64,000 nt of DNA from Octopus bimaculoides (Eukaryota), in the NCBI RefSeq assembly GCF_001194135.2, contig NC_068983.1:26993201-27057200 (forward strand). The letters are read 5' to 3'. The stretch's first letter is position 1, and each line of letters starts with the position of its first letter. A program made the position numbers and the translations under genes. Under the pieces are notes generated by a model. The model searched no databases, was not told the DNA's origin, and saw nothing but the letters and a program-made list of their open reading frames with translations. Shown one piece after another: positions 40,800 to 54,700 of this stretch.

Positions 40800-40980
40800 A
40801 AGACAAGTAAGTTCGAGGGAGTGGTAAGCGGATTATGTCAACCCAGTACTTAACTGATAATTATTTTATCGACCACGAAATAATAAAAGGCAATGTTGAC
40901 TTCAGCAGAATTTATATTCAGAACGTAAAGACGGTTGAAATGCCGCTAAGTATTTTGCTAAACCCGCTAACAATTCTTCT
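40800..40980 (-). mobile_element. SINE family A
   Basis: cccagtacttaactgataattattttatcgaccacgaa...aaaggcaatgttgacttcagcagaattt...tcagaacgtaaagacg..gaaatgccgctaagtatttt...gctaac is the reverse complement of family A. Confidence 0.75.
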
Positions 40981-41907
40981 ACCTCTCCTCCTCACGAATA
41001 CTATGCATATTAATCAGAATATTCTGATTCACCATTTTCAATGACACATTCTGCCATATGCGTATTTTGCACAACTCCTCTTAGTTATTTTACTGAAGCT
41101 TCTTCGTCGTATTTACAATCGGCACCATTACTAACTTAGTATTGGTATTTCCACCGCTCCGTTCCGGCAATTGACACAAATAAACGGGGTGCTGAAACGT
41201 TCGTGTGCTGGGGTAAAACAAAATACAGGATGATCATTTAATTATGATTTTCTTCAACATATCCTCCTCTCAGATTTACATAGTCCTTCAGTTTTTCTAA
41301 GCCCTGTAAGAGAACCCGGAAGGTTGGGCCTCCAACCAGGCTTTTCGGTATACCCTTAAAGCTAGGAAATCGTTAACATACCCTAGTATTTTTCAGACAA
41401 GGTCTGCTTATAATTGCACTGTGGGGTCTTCTGTATCTCTTATTGTCTTCCTTTTTATTTATTTTTGTGCGGTTAAGAGGCGTCCTTTAAGCATCCCAGA
41501 GTGAGACGCTTTCTTTTAACACCAAGGATAATGCCAGAGCATTATATTTCAAATCTGTCACAATCTGGTGCTTATTAGCATTGCAGTGCTACAATGTTGA
41601 TACAACACTGATTTCTTAATGTAAAATCCATGCTAAAATCTAATTTATGTGAGAATGGCTCAATCCATTTTTAAGGGGATTATCATTAGTTTTAATGAAA
41701 AGTCTAAAAAATTATAAAATCAGTACTGAAATTCTAACTCCAATTTAAATTTAGTCCAGCCGTTTTTTCTTTTTTCTTTTTATTTTCGGCCACGAATTAC
41801 TGTACATATATTTTTTTAAAAAGTGCACGTATATAAAAATTATACACTGTATTATCATATAAACACAGGACCATCCTACGTAGAAAGGGTACTCTTACAC
41901 AAGCAAA

Positions 41908-41947
<40 letters not shown>

Positions 41948-42675
41948 AAGGCTCACATGCACACATTCATATATGTAAATACATATTCGTATGTTTGTAT
42001 ATATGTGTGTGCTTGCGCCCGCGTGCATGTGTGTGTGCCTCTACGTATACATGAAATGACAGGGTGCTTACCCCAACTAAAAGTTCAGGCTTCTCAGGAC
42101 ACCACCACCATTACCGCCACCNNNNNNNNNNNNNNNNNNNNNNNNNNNNNNNNNNNNNNNNNNNNNNNNNNNNNNNNNNNNNNNNNNNNNNNNNNNNNNN
42201 NNNNNNNNNNNNNNNNNNNNNNNNNNNNNNNNNNNNNNNNNNNNNNNNNNNNNNNNNNNNNNNNNNNNNNNNNNNNNNNNNNNNNNNNNNNNNNNNNNNN
42301 NNNNNNNNNNNNNNNNNNNNNNNNNNNNNNNNNNNNNNNNNNNNNNNNNNNNNNNNNNNNNNNNNNNNNNNNNNNNNNNNNNNNNNNNNNNNNNNNNNNN
42401 NNNNNNNNNNNNNNNNNNNNNNNNNNNNNNNNNNNNNNNNNNNNNNNNNNNNNNNNNNNNNNNNNNNNNNNNNNNNNNNNNNNNNNNNNNNNNNNNNNNN
42501 NNNNNNNNNNNNNNNNNNNNNNNNNNNNNNNNNNNNNNNNNNNNNNNNNNNNNNNNNNNNNNNNNNNNNNNNNNNNNNNNNNNNNNNNNNNNNNNNNNNN
42601 NNNNNNNNNNNNNNNNNNNNNNNNNNNNNNNNNNNNNNNNNNNNNNNNNNNNNNNNNNNNNNNNNNNNNNNNNNN

Positions 42676-42693
42676 AGTGGTGGTGGTGGCAGT

Positions 42694-42724
<31 letters not shown>

Positions 42725-42781
42725 GTGGCGTAAGTGGTGGTAGCGGCGGCGGCAGCAGCAGCAGCAGTAGCCGTACTAGTG

Positions 42782-42817
<36 letters not shown>

Positions 42818-42818
42818 A
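42676..42818. repeat. Compound trinucleotide repeat (GGT/GGC/AGC/AGT)n at a gap edge
   Basis: Directly visible. It explains the poly-G, poly-S, poly-P and poly-L ORFs. Confidence 0.9.
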
Positions 42819-44665
42819 TAGATCATTTGTCATTGTTCATTTCCCTTCACCACGAACAATTGTTTCCTACTTCATTTCTTGATTTAACCAACCATAAAAT
42901 TGCATCAATATTTATGCTCCGCTATACTGCATATGCTTAATTCCAAGTACTATATCCCCGTGGTCATTTAATCAGATTTATGACAAAATCGATAAATAAA
43001 GGAGTGTTTTATTCTAATAATATACTTGCAACACCACAGAGTGGTGATGAGTTTGGACACAGAAGCGTTTGGCATAAGACGTTCATTTTGATTTTTATCA
43101 ATTTACTATTTATACACAGGCATGAACTTTGAATAAATTCATTTGCTTACGTAAATATGAATGCTATTTCGTATGTGATATTGTTAAGTAGCAATCCAAT
43201 ACCACGAGGTGACTTATCCTCTTTTCGTCATATGTGTGATATCATGAGATACAAAAAGTGGGTCGCTAACCCCTCAAAAACTAGCGCCTATTCATGGGCC
43301 AAAGACAGAGCACTTACTTAAAAGAAATAAGGAATTTCCTTTTCGAAAATGATATGCTGCAATTTGAGAAAATATATCCGATGTATTTAGTAAAATAAAA
43401 ATCATCGTAGAGATTCAACCGTTGTCGTCTGCTAATCTTCTTTTAACTATAATCTACCAAACAGCAAAATCCGCGACATGGTTTCAATACACGGTTGCAT
43501 ACACTCACATTCTAGTTTTACTGCTAACGATATTTGTGTTTCGCACTTGTTCCTTATTTGTATTTTGCTTTCGTGTTTATAGAGCCTATTTACCAAACTA
43601 CATTTTTAAATGTATGTGTAATATTTCGATGGTCTAGAACATGAATGCATATAGAGTAAATACGATTATAATTACTGCTCATGATATAAATCTGGACCCA
43701 TATCATGCTAACTTGCATTTTTAATTGATTAGGAAATGTAATCACTTCAGTTACATCAAAGTTCATATATAGGTGTTGGATGACATATAATGTTCAATAT
43801 TGTACAATATTGTGCAAATATATCAAAGCATAAAAATCTTACAGCGTTATATTTGCATATATATATATATATATATANNNNNNNNNNNNNNNNNNNNNNN
43901 NNNNNNNNNNNNNNNNNNNNNNNNNNNNNNNNNNNNNNNNNNNNNNNNNNNNNNNNNNNNNNNNNNNNNNNNNNNNNNNNNNNNNNNNNNNNNNNNNNNN
44001 NNNNNNNNNNNNNNNNNNNNNNNNNNNNNNNNNNNNNNNNNNNNNNNNNNNNNNNNNNNNNNNNNNNNNNNNNNNNNNNNNNNNNNNNNNNNNNNNNNNN
44101 NNNNNNNNNNNNNNNNNNNNNNNNNNNNNNNNNNNNNNNNNNNNNNNNNNNNNNNNNNNNNNNNNNNNNNNNNNNNNNNNNNNNNNNNNNNNNNNNNNNN
44201 NNNNNNNNNNNNNNNNNNNNNNNNNNNNNNNNNNNNNNNNNNNNNNNNNNNNNNNNNNNNNNNNNNNNNNNNNNNNNNNNNNNNNNNNNNNNNNNNNNNN
44301 NNNNNNNNNNNNNNNNNNNNNNNNNNNNNNNNNNNNNNNNNNNNNNNNNNNNNNNNNNNNNNNNNNNNNNNNNNNNNNNNNNNNNNNNNNNNNNNNNNNN
44401 NNNNNNNNNNNNNNNNNNNNNNNNNNNNNNNNNNNNNNNNNNNNNNNNNNNNNNNNNNNNNNNNNNNNNNNNNNNNNNNNNNNNNNNNNNNNNNNNNNNN
44501 NNNNNNNNNNNNNNNNNNNNNNNNNNNNNNNNNNNNNNNNNNNNNNNNNNNNNNNNNNNNNNNNNNNNNNNNNNNNNNNNNNNNNNNNNNNNNNNNNNNN
44601 NNNNNNNNNNNNNNNNNNNNNNNNNNNNNNNNNNNNNNNNNNNNNNNNNNNNNNNNNATATATAA

Positions 44666-45019
44666 GGCCTGAAATTTACACCTACCCCAACAGTCAACCA
44701 CCATGAACTAAAGGAAGATATCCAGAAATTCTGTCGCAAATTACGACTTGTCGAATTCTTCACCACCAATATTAATAATAAAAATAATAATGAAACCGAA
44801 GATTCTTTAGTGAGGAATAAATGAAATTTCACTCCACCAAGAGGCAGAAATATCTACCTTGACCAATATATTGACACCCTATCAAACTTCCCCCTAAAAC
44901 AAAATACTAAAGTTAGGCAGAACATTAACAAATCAGAGATATCTGCACTTAAACGCATACAAAACGATGAAATAATAATAATTAAACAAGCAGATAAAGG
45001 GGGTGCAATCGTTATCATG
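44666..45019 (+). mobile_element. Penelope-like ORF N-terminal region fragment, relatively intact
   Basis: 118 codons with one stop: GLKFTPTPTVNHHELKEDIQKFCRKLRLVEFF...RNK*NFTPPRGRNIYLDQYIDTL...NINKSEISALKRIQNDEIIIIKQADKGGAIVIM. GLKFxP and IKxADKGGxxVIM are hallmark PLE pre-RT motifs. The left end is in a gap. Confidence 0.88.
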
Positions 45020-45742
45020 TGACCTTTGAGATTATATCTCAAAGCTCTTTTTGATTCACCTGGACACATTAGCTTTCTCATGTTTTAAATTACTCTCTCC
45101 AGGTTGACCAAATCCTTAGCGCTTTGGAGCTCCGGGTTGTGTAGTTACCAGTTCTCCACGTCACATTTTCTAATGACGTACAGCTAACTAGCACACACCA
45201 TGATCTTCCTCTCACTGACAACTGCGATGCCCTAGTTCTTGTCCTCCCGCCAATACAGTAACTACAAGTTTGAAAGTTCTAAATCAAGCAACCTGCTTGG
45301 TGATTGCTTATTTATAGTGAATATGTTTAAATATATCTGTAAAAGCACACATAAGTCATATTAAAATATGCCATTTATACAAAGTACATCGAAATGCAGA
45401 CTAGGCATATTAATCTGTAAAATAGCACATGATAAATTACATAAATGTTAGAAATTGTATCTACAATAATAGTACACGAGACATTTTTGTCTCTTCTCTC
45501 ATATGTATGAACTATGAGGCTCCCAAACTTTATATGATAATTCGATGAGAAAAGTAATCATTAGTTTATAAATAATAGAAACATTTTATTCTGAAATGTT
45601 TGATAGTTTTGCATATTTGTTATTTCAGACACAAGTGAGAATTTGTTTTTTTCTAAAATGGAAATCTAATGTTAGAAATACGATTTACACTGATGTTTAT
45701 TATGATTTTGCCTTTGGAACATCTATAAACACCTGCCTCTTC

Positions 45743-45792
<50 letters not shown>

Positions 45793-46141
45793 NNNNNNNN
45801 NNNNNNNNNNNNNNNNNNNNNNNNNNNNNNNNNNNNNNNNNNNNNNNNNNNNNNNNNNNNNNNNNNNNNNNNNNNNNNNNNNNNNNNNNNNNNNNNNNNN
45901 NNNNNNNNNNNNNNNNNNNNNNNNNNNNNNNNNNNNNNNNNNNNNNNNNNNNNNNNNNNNNNNNNNNNNNNNNNNNNNNNNNNNNNNNNNNNNNNNNNNN
46001 NNNNNNNNNNNNNNNNNNNNNNNNNNNNNNNNNNNNNNNNNNNNNNNNNNNNNNNNNNNNNNNNNNNNNNNNNNNNNNNNNNNNNNNNNNNNNNNNNNNN
46101 NNNNNNNNNNNNNNNNNNNNNNNNNNNNNNNNNNNNNNNNN

Positions 46142-46187
<46 letters not shown>

Positions 46188-46699
46188 TCGATTATATAAT
46201 GAAATTATTAAATATAATAGGATAGGAAATTTTGTTATTTATGTCTTGCAGCTGTTGACTTACTCCAACCGTGTATACTATTTAAGATAAGGTATAATTT
46301 AATAGTTTTCTTGCAAAATGACATATTTTTTTGAACGTTTTTCTTTGTAAATGACAGACAGTATTTTGCGTTTTCAGTCTTAATAAGTTACAAGGTTTAT
46401 CTATAATAAAATCTACATTAATACTGCAAGGAATAACACGTATATGAAATACTGTATTGCAGTACGAAATGCCAAGTTGTCGCATTTATTCGAATTCTAA
46501 TCATAACCTACATGTTTTTAAAATTAATTTGTTCTGGTAGAAAAGTCTATGTGTAAGTCTATGGAGTCTTAACAATCTCTAGAGTTCTGTAAGTGTGATG
46601 TCGGGCAAGTAATGCCGTTGAAAATGTTGTAGTGCTGGAAAAAATGTGTCCTAAACAACCACCAGAGTATATAAATTGAAAGGCAGAAAGGAATGAACC

Positions 46700-47100
46700 T
46701 AGCTGTTAATGAAGCGGATGGTGGTCGTAGACACATTCTGGATAGCGAAGTCAGTAACACTGGAATGAAGGTAACGTAAAACTAGTCAGCTATGAGCACC
46801 TAAATTTATTGAAGGTCCGTGCCACACAAAGTAATCTGCGAGATTAAAATAGAGTTGATAAGCAGGCCAGAAAATGATGCTTAAGTCGGAGAAATTCTCA
46901 GACAAAAACTTCTATTTCGAGAGCTATGGCAAAGAGCTGAATACTGCTTCTACAAATATAGCGTTTCACTAGTACTCCTCTCCAACAATGGATTCACCAC
47001 AGTCTCCAGCAGCTTCATATAGTCGTCTGAATTGAAGGTAAGATTCTGTTCATCAGTTGTTCGATAAACTTCGGCGTGCGGACGCCATTAGAACGTCTGC
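46700..47100 (-). mobile_element. Tc1/mariner-superfamily (maT/DD37D-like) transposase relic
   Basis: NLTFNSDDYMKLLETVVNPLLER...YL*KQYSAL(C)HSSR..KFLSENFSD...FWPAY...NLADYFVW is collinear with the QQDSAPCH..WPPNSPDxNPxDYxVW consensus. Confidence 0.7.
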
Positions 47101-47419
47101 TGTGTCCCTTCCCAGAGTGTACATTCACATTCTTCGTTGCAGCTATCCATACCACGTTCTACAGCCTTTACGGTGTTCACAGAGAAGTCATGATGTCTAC
47201 ATTTCGACACCCGGTTTGCATAATCATGACACAAATAACTCCTTTCTAATATTCAGATGACTTCCAGTATTCATATCAGCTAAATATTGCTCAACTTCAG
47301 ATTTAATGTCTATGATCTCCGGTGCCATTAGCTATTCACCAATACATCAAGCTATTCTTGAAAAAAAAGGGAGATAAAATATCGTGAAACCTAGCCCCAA
47401 CATCCTATTGTTAGATACT

Positions 47420-47960
47420 GTATTGACTGTGTATGCATGTAAAAGTAGTACTGTCTGATGTGTGGAGCAGTGACTATTGAAAAGTCTATGATTCCCTTGA
47501 GATTTGAATAGGTTAGTAGTTGCTGTGAGTTTTAGTGTTATTTAGACCATTATAAATGTTCGTTGGTCAGTGGAGTTGTTGAGTGATACCGAAGCTTTGT
47601 ACTAAAAGTAACTGTATTTTCTCGTTGTGTAGCTTTTGTATATATATATGGACAACGAGAAGTTCTATTTGTTTTTAAGAGTAATGATTATGTATTTTGT
47701 TTGTTGATTGAAACCAAATGTGCAAATGAAGTCAACGTAGATGTTACTTGATTTGTCTAGGTTACTATTGGAGAATACATAGATGTGAAAGATCAGGCAA
47801 GGAAGAAGAGCGGAATTATCTAATGTGGAAATTGATGTCAAGTAAGCCATTGGTGTTTCGGAAGAAGTGTGTGATGGACAAAACTAAACGTTGGGACACA
47901 CCAGAGCTCTTTAGCTGTCGGTTACAAAGATTTCCTTTCCTGTACGCACACAGTAATGCA
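47420..47960 (-). mobile_element. CR1/Jockey-group LINE RT C-terminal relic
   Basis: SSGVSQRLVLSITHFFRNTNGLL (about SGVPQGSVLSPTLF..INDLL), then LDNSAL (about ADDSTL) and FNQQTK (about FNxxKT). Confidence 0.5.
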
Positions 47961-48140
47961 ATAAGAGTTGAAATCGCTGATGCAAGAGTTGAAATACGAA
48001 TAAAGATGTGCAGTTTTCATGATTTTTTTTTTTTACATCGAATTGTTTATCGCATTGAATTTCAGGTTCAAGCACAGTCGTCTAACAATTCCATGAACAT
48101 ATTTTTACTTCTACACAAAACTATACCATGGCGCGACCGT

Positions 48141-48610
48141 CTTGCACCTATTGGCTCTTTCGATCACTTCCTCATTGTAACTGCCTGGCATACCTGTTAT
48201 ACAGCAACCCCTTCCTGCAGTACCCTATGTTACTTTAAGTCCGCTGATCATCCAGTGTTCTGCCGTGTTTACGTTACATATCCCAGGAAGAAGCGGGGGG
48301 GCCCTCACTCCTCATTTATCAGAAACATCTAGTCAGGTAGGTGAAAGCACTCTTCCAGGCATACCCCTTCAAAACAAACACGAGAAAATTACAACACCCC
48401 ATGACCTAAAAATAATTTACTTATAGATACGTTAAAGGTGTTTCAGCTGAAAAGAAAACCAATAATGCCCAAAGAATCTCACCCAAATCAGCTGCACAAT
48501 GATCATTGGGACATTATTTGACAGCTCACTTTCTATCCTAAGCTCCATCAACTCTGGCATTCCTCTGTGACCACTTTGTCCTCAAATCGCATACTTCTGT
48601 ACATTTTAGC
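48141..48610 (+). mobile_element. CR1/Jockey-group LINE relic: APE endonuclease end joined to the RT GVPQG region
   Basis: LAPIGSFDHFLIV (about SPLGSSDH, APE C-terminus)...YFKSAD; then DSSLSILSSINSGIP (about INSGVPQG) at 48520-48565, with a large internal deletion between them. Confidence 0.55.
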
Positions 48611-50389
48611 GCTTTATTTCTATGCTTATGCAGACAACTCAAACCTGCAGTTCTCTGTAATTTTGCTGCGGAAATGTTTAAGAGAAAACAATTCGATGGA
48701 GGTAGATAATATCATTCTTCTTGTCTATGTATACGTACATGCATATACACAGTATAGTATTCGCTTGATTAAAAACACTTAAAGTTGATGTTTCAGCCTA
48801 ACAGCACCACCAAACACCAATTACTGAAGTCATAAATAGGATAAAAGAATAAATTATATCAATGAATAATCAACAAATCTTTGAACAGTATAAATTGTTA
48901 TGTGCTACTAAAATCCGGATTAAAAACAATTACTTTCAAATGTAAGTGATATATTATTTCCTAAATTTCAAAGAAATACATTTTATATTCACATGATATT
49001 AAACTGGACAAAACACACACTTCCTATGATATAATTTGTCAAAGACATCGAATGAAGCAAATCAAAGCGGTAAATCAAATAACTTGTTTTACTCTTCCTG
49101 AAAGATATATATTCTAGAAAATTATCCTCCTTAGAACTTTTGCGCATATAAATTACTTTTCAAATCTCATTGTAATAGTATAACACGTTATATTCGGCTA
49201 AATGATCTATTACTACTATCAAAACTTTTGTTCCCATTGACACTACCTGTCAATGACTGAATTTAAATAAATAGAAAATTTATTTTAAATCGTGGTCTCC
49301 TCGTATACTTCTCTTCTCCTCGTATGCCCCTCTTCTCCTCGTCTTCAGGGTCAAATAATTATGCACCATGGTGGTTTCTTGATGCCACTCCCTACAAACA
49401 ACAATTTTCAATAAACTAAAAGGAGGACGCGATTCACGATTTGCATTAGGATAAAGGACAGTTAAAGTTCTCCCTTCCTACTGTCATATCTAACTCTGTA
49501 GTTTGATGCGCCTACGCCCTCAGTATTCTTCTAATGTTAGTGTTGTCCTATTACCAATACATTTTCTCGCTTTATAAATTATTAATCAATCATAGTTATA
49601 TATAAATTTGAGGTTATACAATAAAGCTAGTAGGGTGTATTTTGAAGAAAAATTAAGAGTGGACGAGAAAGGAAAATAATATCTAAATTTGTGAAACAAT
49701 GCGTCATCACCAAAACACAATATTATGATCTAATCTTCATTGGTTAGGACAGCTTTGCTTCATTTCTAATACTTAATCTACGTTATGGATCATGGTTTTC
49801 GTATTTAATTTTTTTTTTTCTGTTCAATATAATTAACAATCAGTATATCTCGTTAAATATATATTCCTGTGTGAACTGCTCTGGCTGATTTATATTATTT
49901 TCGGAAAAACAAATCAATTGTTATAACTTCGGTAGTTTCATCCGCAGTTATTCATCATTTAAATACATAAGTGACGTAAGGTGAATGTTTGCTTAATTTG
50001 TAAGCAACTTTATTGAAAAAAGTATTGAGTTGATTATATCTATTATCGCTGCAAGCAATTCGTTTTCCAGTATCTGTAAAGAAAATATGTAGCTAAATTA
50101 CTACAGCCTAAAATAAGAACTGTCCATTTAATCCTTGAAATGCTCAAAGTGTTAATTTGTTGTATTTTAAATTAATATTTACACTTGCGTAAGCATTGCC
50201 ATCAATTTCTTGAATGGGTCATGACCTCTAGAAAATTATTTCAGCATCATTTATCTAATGTAATTCTACTTCACTTGAATCTTCATTATATTCAATAAAT
50301 AAATCAGTAAATACATGAATGAATAAATAAAACAATATAAGTTTATGCAGAAGTTGTTTCTAATCCATCTTGAATGCATTCTTTTATCT

Positions 50390-50817
50390 TTTACTTGTAT
50401 TTATCATTCGACTGTGGCCATGCTGGTGCAATATCTTGACAAATTTTCTGTGGAATGAATCGACCCTGGCACTTATCTTTTAAAAGCATGGTAGTTTTAC
50501 CATTAGTCTGTTCTGCAGAAACGCTAGATTACGGGGATGTAAACACACAAGTACCGGCTGGCAAGTGGTGCATGTGAGAGGCAAGCGCAGAGGCAAAGAC
50601 ACACTAACTCACACACACGCATGCATATATATACACACACACACATATGTATATACAACACGTTTCTTTCAATTTTTACCTGTCAAATCGTTTTACAAAG
50701 CTTTGATCGGTCCGTGAGTATCGTAGAAGACATTCCCAAGTTGCCACGAAATGGGACTGAAACCGGAGCCATGTTTCTGGGAAGCAAGCCTCTTAGCCAA
50801 CAGCAACGCTTGTGCGT
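50390..50817 (-). mobile_element. SINE family B, full length
   Basis: The tail cttttacttgtatttatcattcgactgtggccatgctgg and the head gggactgaaaccggagccatgtttctgggaagcaagcctctta...acgcttgtgc are reverse-complementary to the 37983 copy. Confidence 0.85.
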
Positions 50818-51539
50818 GTGATCGTAGTTTTTTTTTAAATATTTGGTAGTAAAGTGCAGATTAAAATGAACATTTGAATGTTTATGACCTCTATCAACAT
50901 CAATGAGAACTGAACGAATGAGGAAGCCTTTACGAACTTCCGACTCGCTAGGAATTACAGTCGCAACATCGTTATATTATGCATCCAGTCCTGTAAAATC
51001 AAACAGAAAAAGGAGTGGTAAGATATATGTAGTGAATCTTTAAAATTTTCGAAATATATTTCAAAATGGAATGATTACTGTTGGATCGTAGATCTTTTGA
51101 ATTGGGACTGACTGTGAATACACCAGTATAACAAGAACAACAACAGCAGCAGCAGCAAAGACAATAACAGCCTCAGATGATATACATGGGAAGAAAGGAG
51201 AAGAAAAACCAAAGGAAAACAATGCATGTTGCAGAAGGCATGTTATTTTTTTTTCCAATGTACCAAATAGAAAGGAATGTAAAGATGGTAAAGTAAAGTA
51301 ATAAGAAGAAGACATTGGAAATTAGAAATATCAGTCGACTCAATCGTAAGAAATTATATGAACCGCTAAGTTAAGCGAAAAATTGTGTTTGAGAATCCGG
51401 AACTGCGTTGCAGATTGGGAATTCCATGAGTTTTTCTTTGTTGTACTGTGCATGTATGAATGATAACCATGTTCATGTTATCAGAATATTACACTGATTC
51501 CTCTGATGAAAGCCTACGACAGCGACCACGTATAGTCGT

Positions 51540-51760
51540 GGTAGGGATGATGATGAGGAGGAGGAGGAGGAGGAGAAAGAGGAGGAAGTGGAGGAGGATG
51601 ATGATGATGACTCCGATGACATTCACAATAGCAACCACAACGGTGGTGGTGATGACATTGTGGTCGTTGACTACATTGATCACGTGGCGATTGCGACGAT
51701 AACGATGGCGGTGATGAAGAAGAAGAGAAGAAGGAGGAAGGATGTCAATGATGATAACAT
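51540..51760. repeat. Degenerate trinucleotide low-complexity tract (GAT/GAG/GGT/GAA)
   Basis: Directly visible. Confidence 0.85.
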
Positions 51761-54700
51761 ACGGGAAGGAATTGGACGAACATGTTAACATGATTGACAC
51801 AATGATGTGTTATCGATGAAAATGCGAAAAACTGGAATAACTAAACTCTTAAAATAGTTTTAGCGTTTTAGTAACCCTCAAGTCAACAATTCTATATCAG
51901 CTCAAGAATCCATTTTCTCTTTTTCTACCCTTAGATCTATAGTATTAAATACGTCCTACTATTTTAACGCAGTGACTATACAATTTGGAAGAAACTGAGG
52001 TGCTATTTAAAGTGAATGCACCGAACGTGTAGAGGCCCGGCTGAAGGTAACAATCATAAAGAATATATAGCATTATGCATATGGTTATTAGGTTAAAGGC
52101 AGATGTAACACGGTTTAGACTATCATCAGAATTCAGAATGTTACGGAAAATATTTCTTTTCAAATAGAGCGTAACAAAACATAAGTTCGAATAGTGCGAA
52201 ATTCGGACTCAGGACCTAAAGTTATGTAGCTGAATAAGGGAAGATATTTAGCTTTAAATATCTATGCAATGATATCTATGCAATCATTTCTAAATAGAAC
52301 TTTAGATATCTATGCAATATTTAGCCTTAGATATCTATGCAAACAAAATTGTCTTGCGTTCAGCAGGAGAGAAACGGTTAGTAAAACCTATCCGAGCAAC
52401 AATAACAGTAGAGATGGTCAGAATATGTCCATAAATATTCCCATGCATTTCTTCCTTACGCTATGAATTGCTTCGGACGTTCTTACGAAGCCTGCTGTAT
52501 GTATTGTCAAGGCGATCCACAAAACTCTTTCCGAAATAGAAGGTTTCGGTTCGAAACAGGTGAATGCTTTCTACATACGCCCCGAAGAAGATCTACCATT
52601 CGCTTTGAAATAGCAAATCATCAGATGTAAAACGTTTAGATAAATATGTTTTGTTTTCTATAAATCATTTACAATTATGCCGTTATAGTGTTACACACAC
52701 TAAACAATAATTGAAGAGAGAAGATATACGCACTCATGTCTAAAAGTATTTTGTAACACGGTGTAATTAGCCTGACATGGCTTTTACAACCACTGGAAGC
52801 AGTGTGAGTTAATAATTCACTAATAATCAGTCAATTCTCTATTCCACAGTGGCGATGCGTCAAAGAATTTGTTTTTCATTTAAAGAAGTATTATTACTCC
52901 GCTACTATCAAATCTAGTCTGACAAGGAACAGTGACCAGGTCATTATTGATTAGTAAATGAGAATGAAACTTTTTGCTTCGATTCTAATCAACAGCAGCC
53001 ACAAATTCTCTAATGGGTTTTTTTTATATCAAGGCTGCCTAAATATTGAAACGATTGCATGTGTTATTTAAACATTCATAAATGGTTAACTGAGATTTGT
53101 AGTGATTTATGTATCTAAATACTTGAATGATCTGCCTTGAAAGAAGGATTATAGAGTAACCTCCCTTTACTAAGTTTCGCGAAGCATCTGTGTCATGAGG
53201 CGTGATTCTTAATTATTCAAGACGCTTAGCGTTTCACTTGGAAGTTTCTAGAATATCTACCATTCCATTAATAAAAACACCTTGATAACCCTGTTCTTCG
53301 CTTCTTAGTAGAGTAGACTAAGAGCCATTCACGTCATTGCTATGTCCGTCTATTTCTCTATCCCACATGACTGAAAACCACCACTTAGCTGTTATTTCTA
53401 TATTTTCTATCGCTGAACTTTTTTTGCATAGATTACTTCATTCAAATACATTTACATTCTACATTTTGATTATGTATCATCATTGACCAGTAAATAAACA
53501 ATGTTTTTGTGTAGTAAATATATATTTCTTGAATTTATTCTTCATCTCTTTATGAACTCTTGTAATAATATACACGCAGCCACATCATCACCTTGTACTG
53601 ACTATATATAACCACTACATAAATTGGTGACCAACCGATGTGGATCCCAAATTCTACCCTGGAGAATATTTAGTTATATTTAACTCGCCGTTTTGCTTCC
53701 AAATGGGAAAAAGTATCCTTAATTCATTTTGTTACATGCTTATTTTGAAAAGGACGTTTATTTTTACGAACCTGGTGATGCATTCCTTCAATATTCAATC
53801 TTACATCAGACCCATTAAAGAACAATTATTATTGACATTGAAGAATTTTCTGTATTCATAGGTAGCAAAAGTGCAAGGGGCTATCAAAAACGACAATAAC
53901 GAGTGAAGTGTATATTACGAAGATACAATCATCAAGTGTGTTCTTATAAAACCTGATATCACATATCGAATGTTTCTTCATAAAATGGTGGCTATTTGTA
54001 TTAAAAGATATTTCATGTATGCTAAAATGAGAGAAAAAAAATGTAGGTTCCATATGACGTAAATAAAACATTTCCGTTATCTGACACCAGTGTTAGCTTA
54101 TGTTACAAATATAACGAAAACAGACAACTTTTACTACAGAAAATGTAGAAATCATCTAATTAATATAAAAAGGATTTTCTGTTTCAATGTATTGGTGATA
54201 TTACATATATACACATAAGTTTATTCTAATTAATGTTAATTGTGCCAGATGTCATTACTTCTAGTAGATCAAGCAATGTAGTTACAAAAGCTTTATATAA
54301 TTCACCGCACAATTTATCATATCTATAACATATAACAAAATGAATATTTGGTCATTTAGCATCACTGAATACGGAATCAATGGAGGCCTGAATTTCTAAA
54401 TGTTCTTTTTGCACTCAGAACTATATTTGTTGCAAGTTAGATACCTTTCCATTCAATTATGATGCTAACAACATCATGACGGCATCATACGATTGGTTTT
54501 CAATGTTTGTGTTTGATATCGATTGAATTATCGAAGTTCCATTACATTCCTTATATCAATATTATCCCATTGTGACTATTGACAGAACGATGCATATTTT
54601 TATCATGTCAAGATCAGTAACCAGCAGAAAGGTTAAAAGATTGAAGCCATAGGCCAAATGTATTTAATGATCGTTTCTGAATAACGTTCGCTTTTATTTT

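Noticed and set aside
41316-41370. Helitron 3' end (hairpin plus CTAG)
   Set aside because: The hairpin is too far from CTAG and CTAG is not followed by T.
51935-52046. Exon-like segment with a strong acceptor and donor
   Set aside because: All three frames contain stops. It could only be non-coding, and there is no further support.
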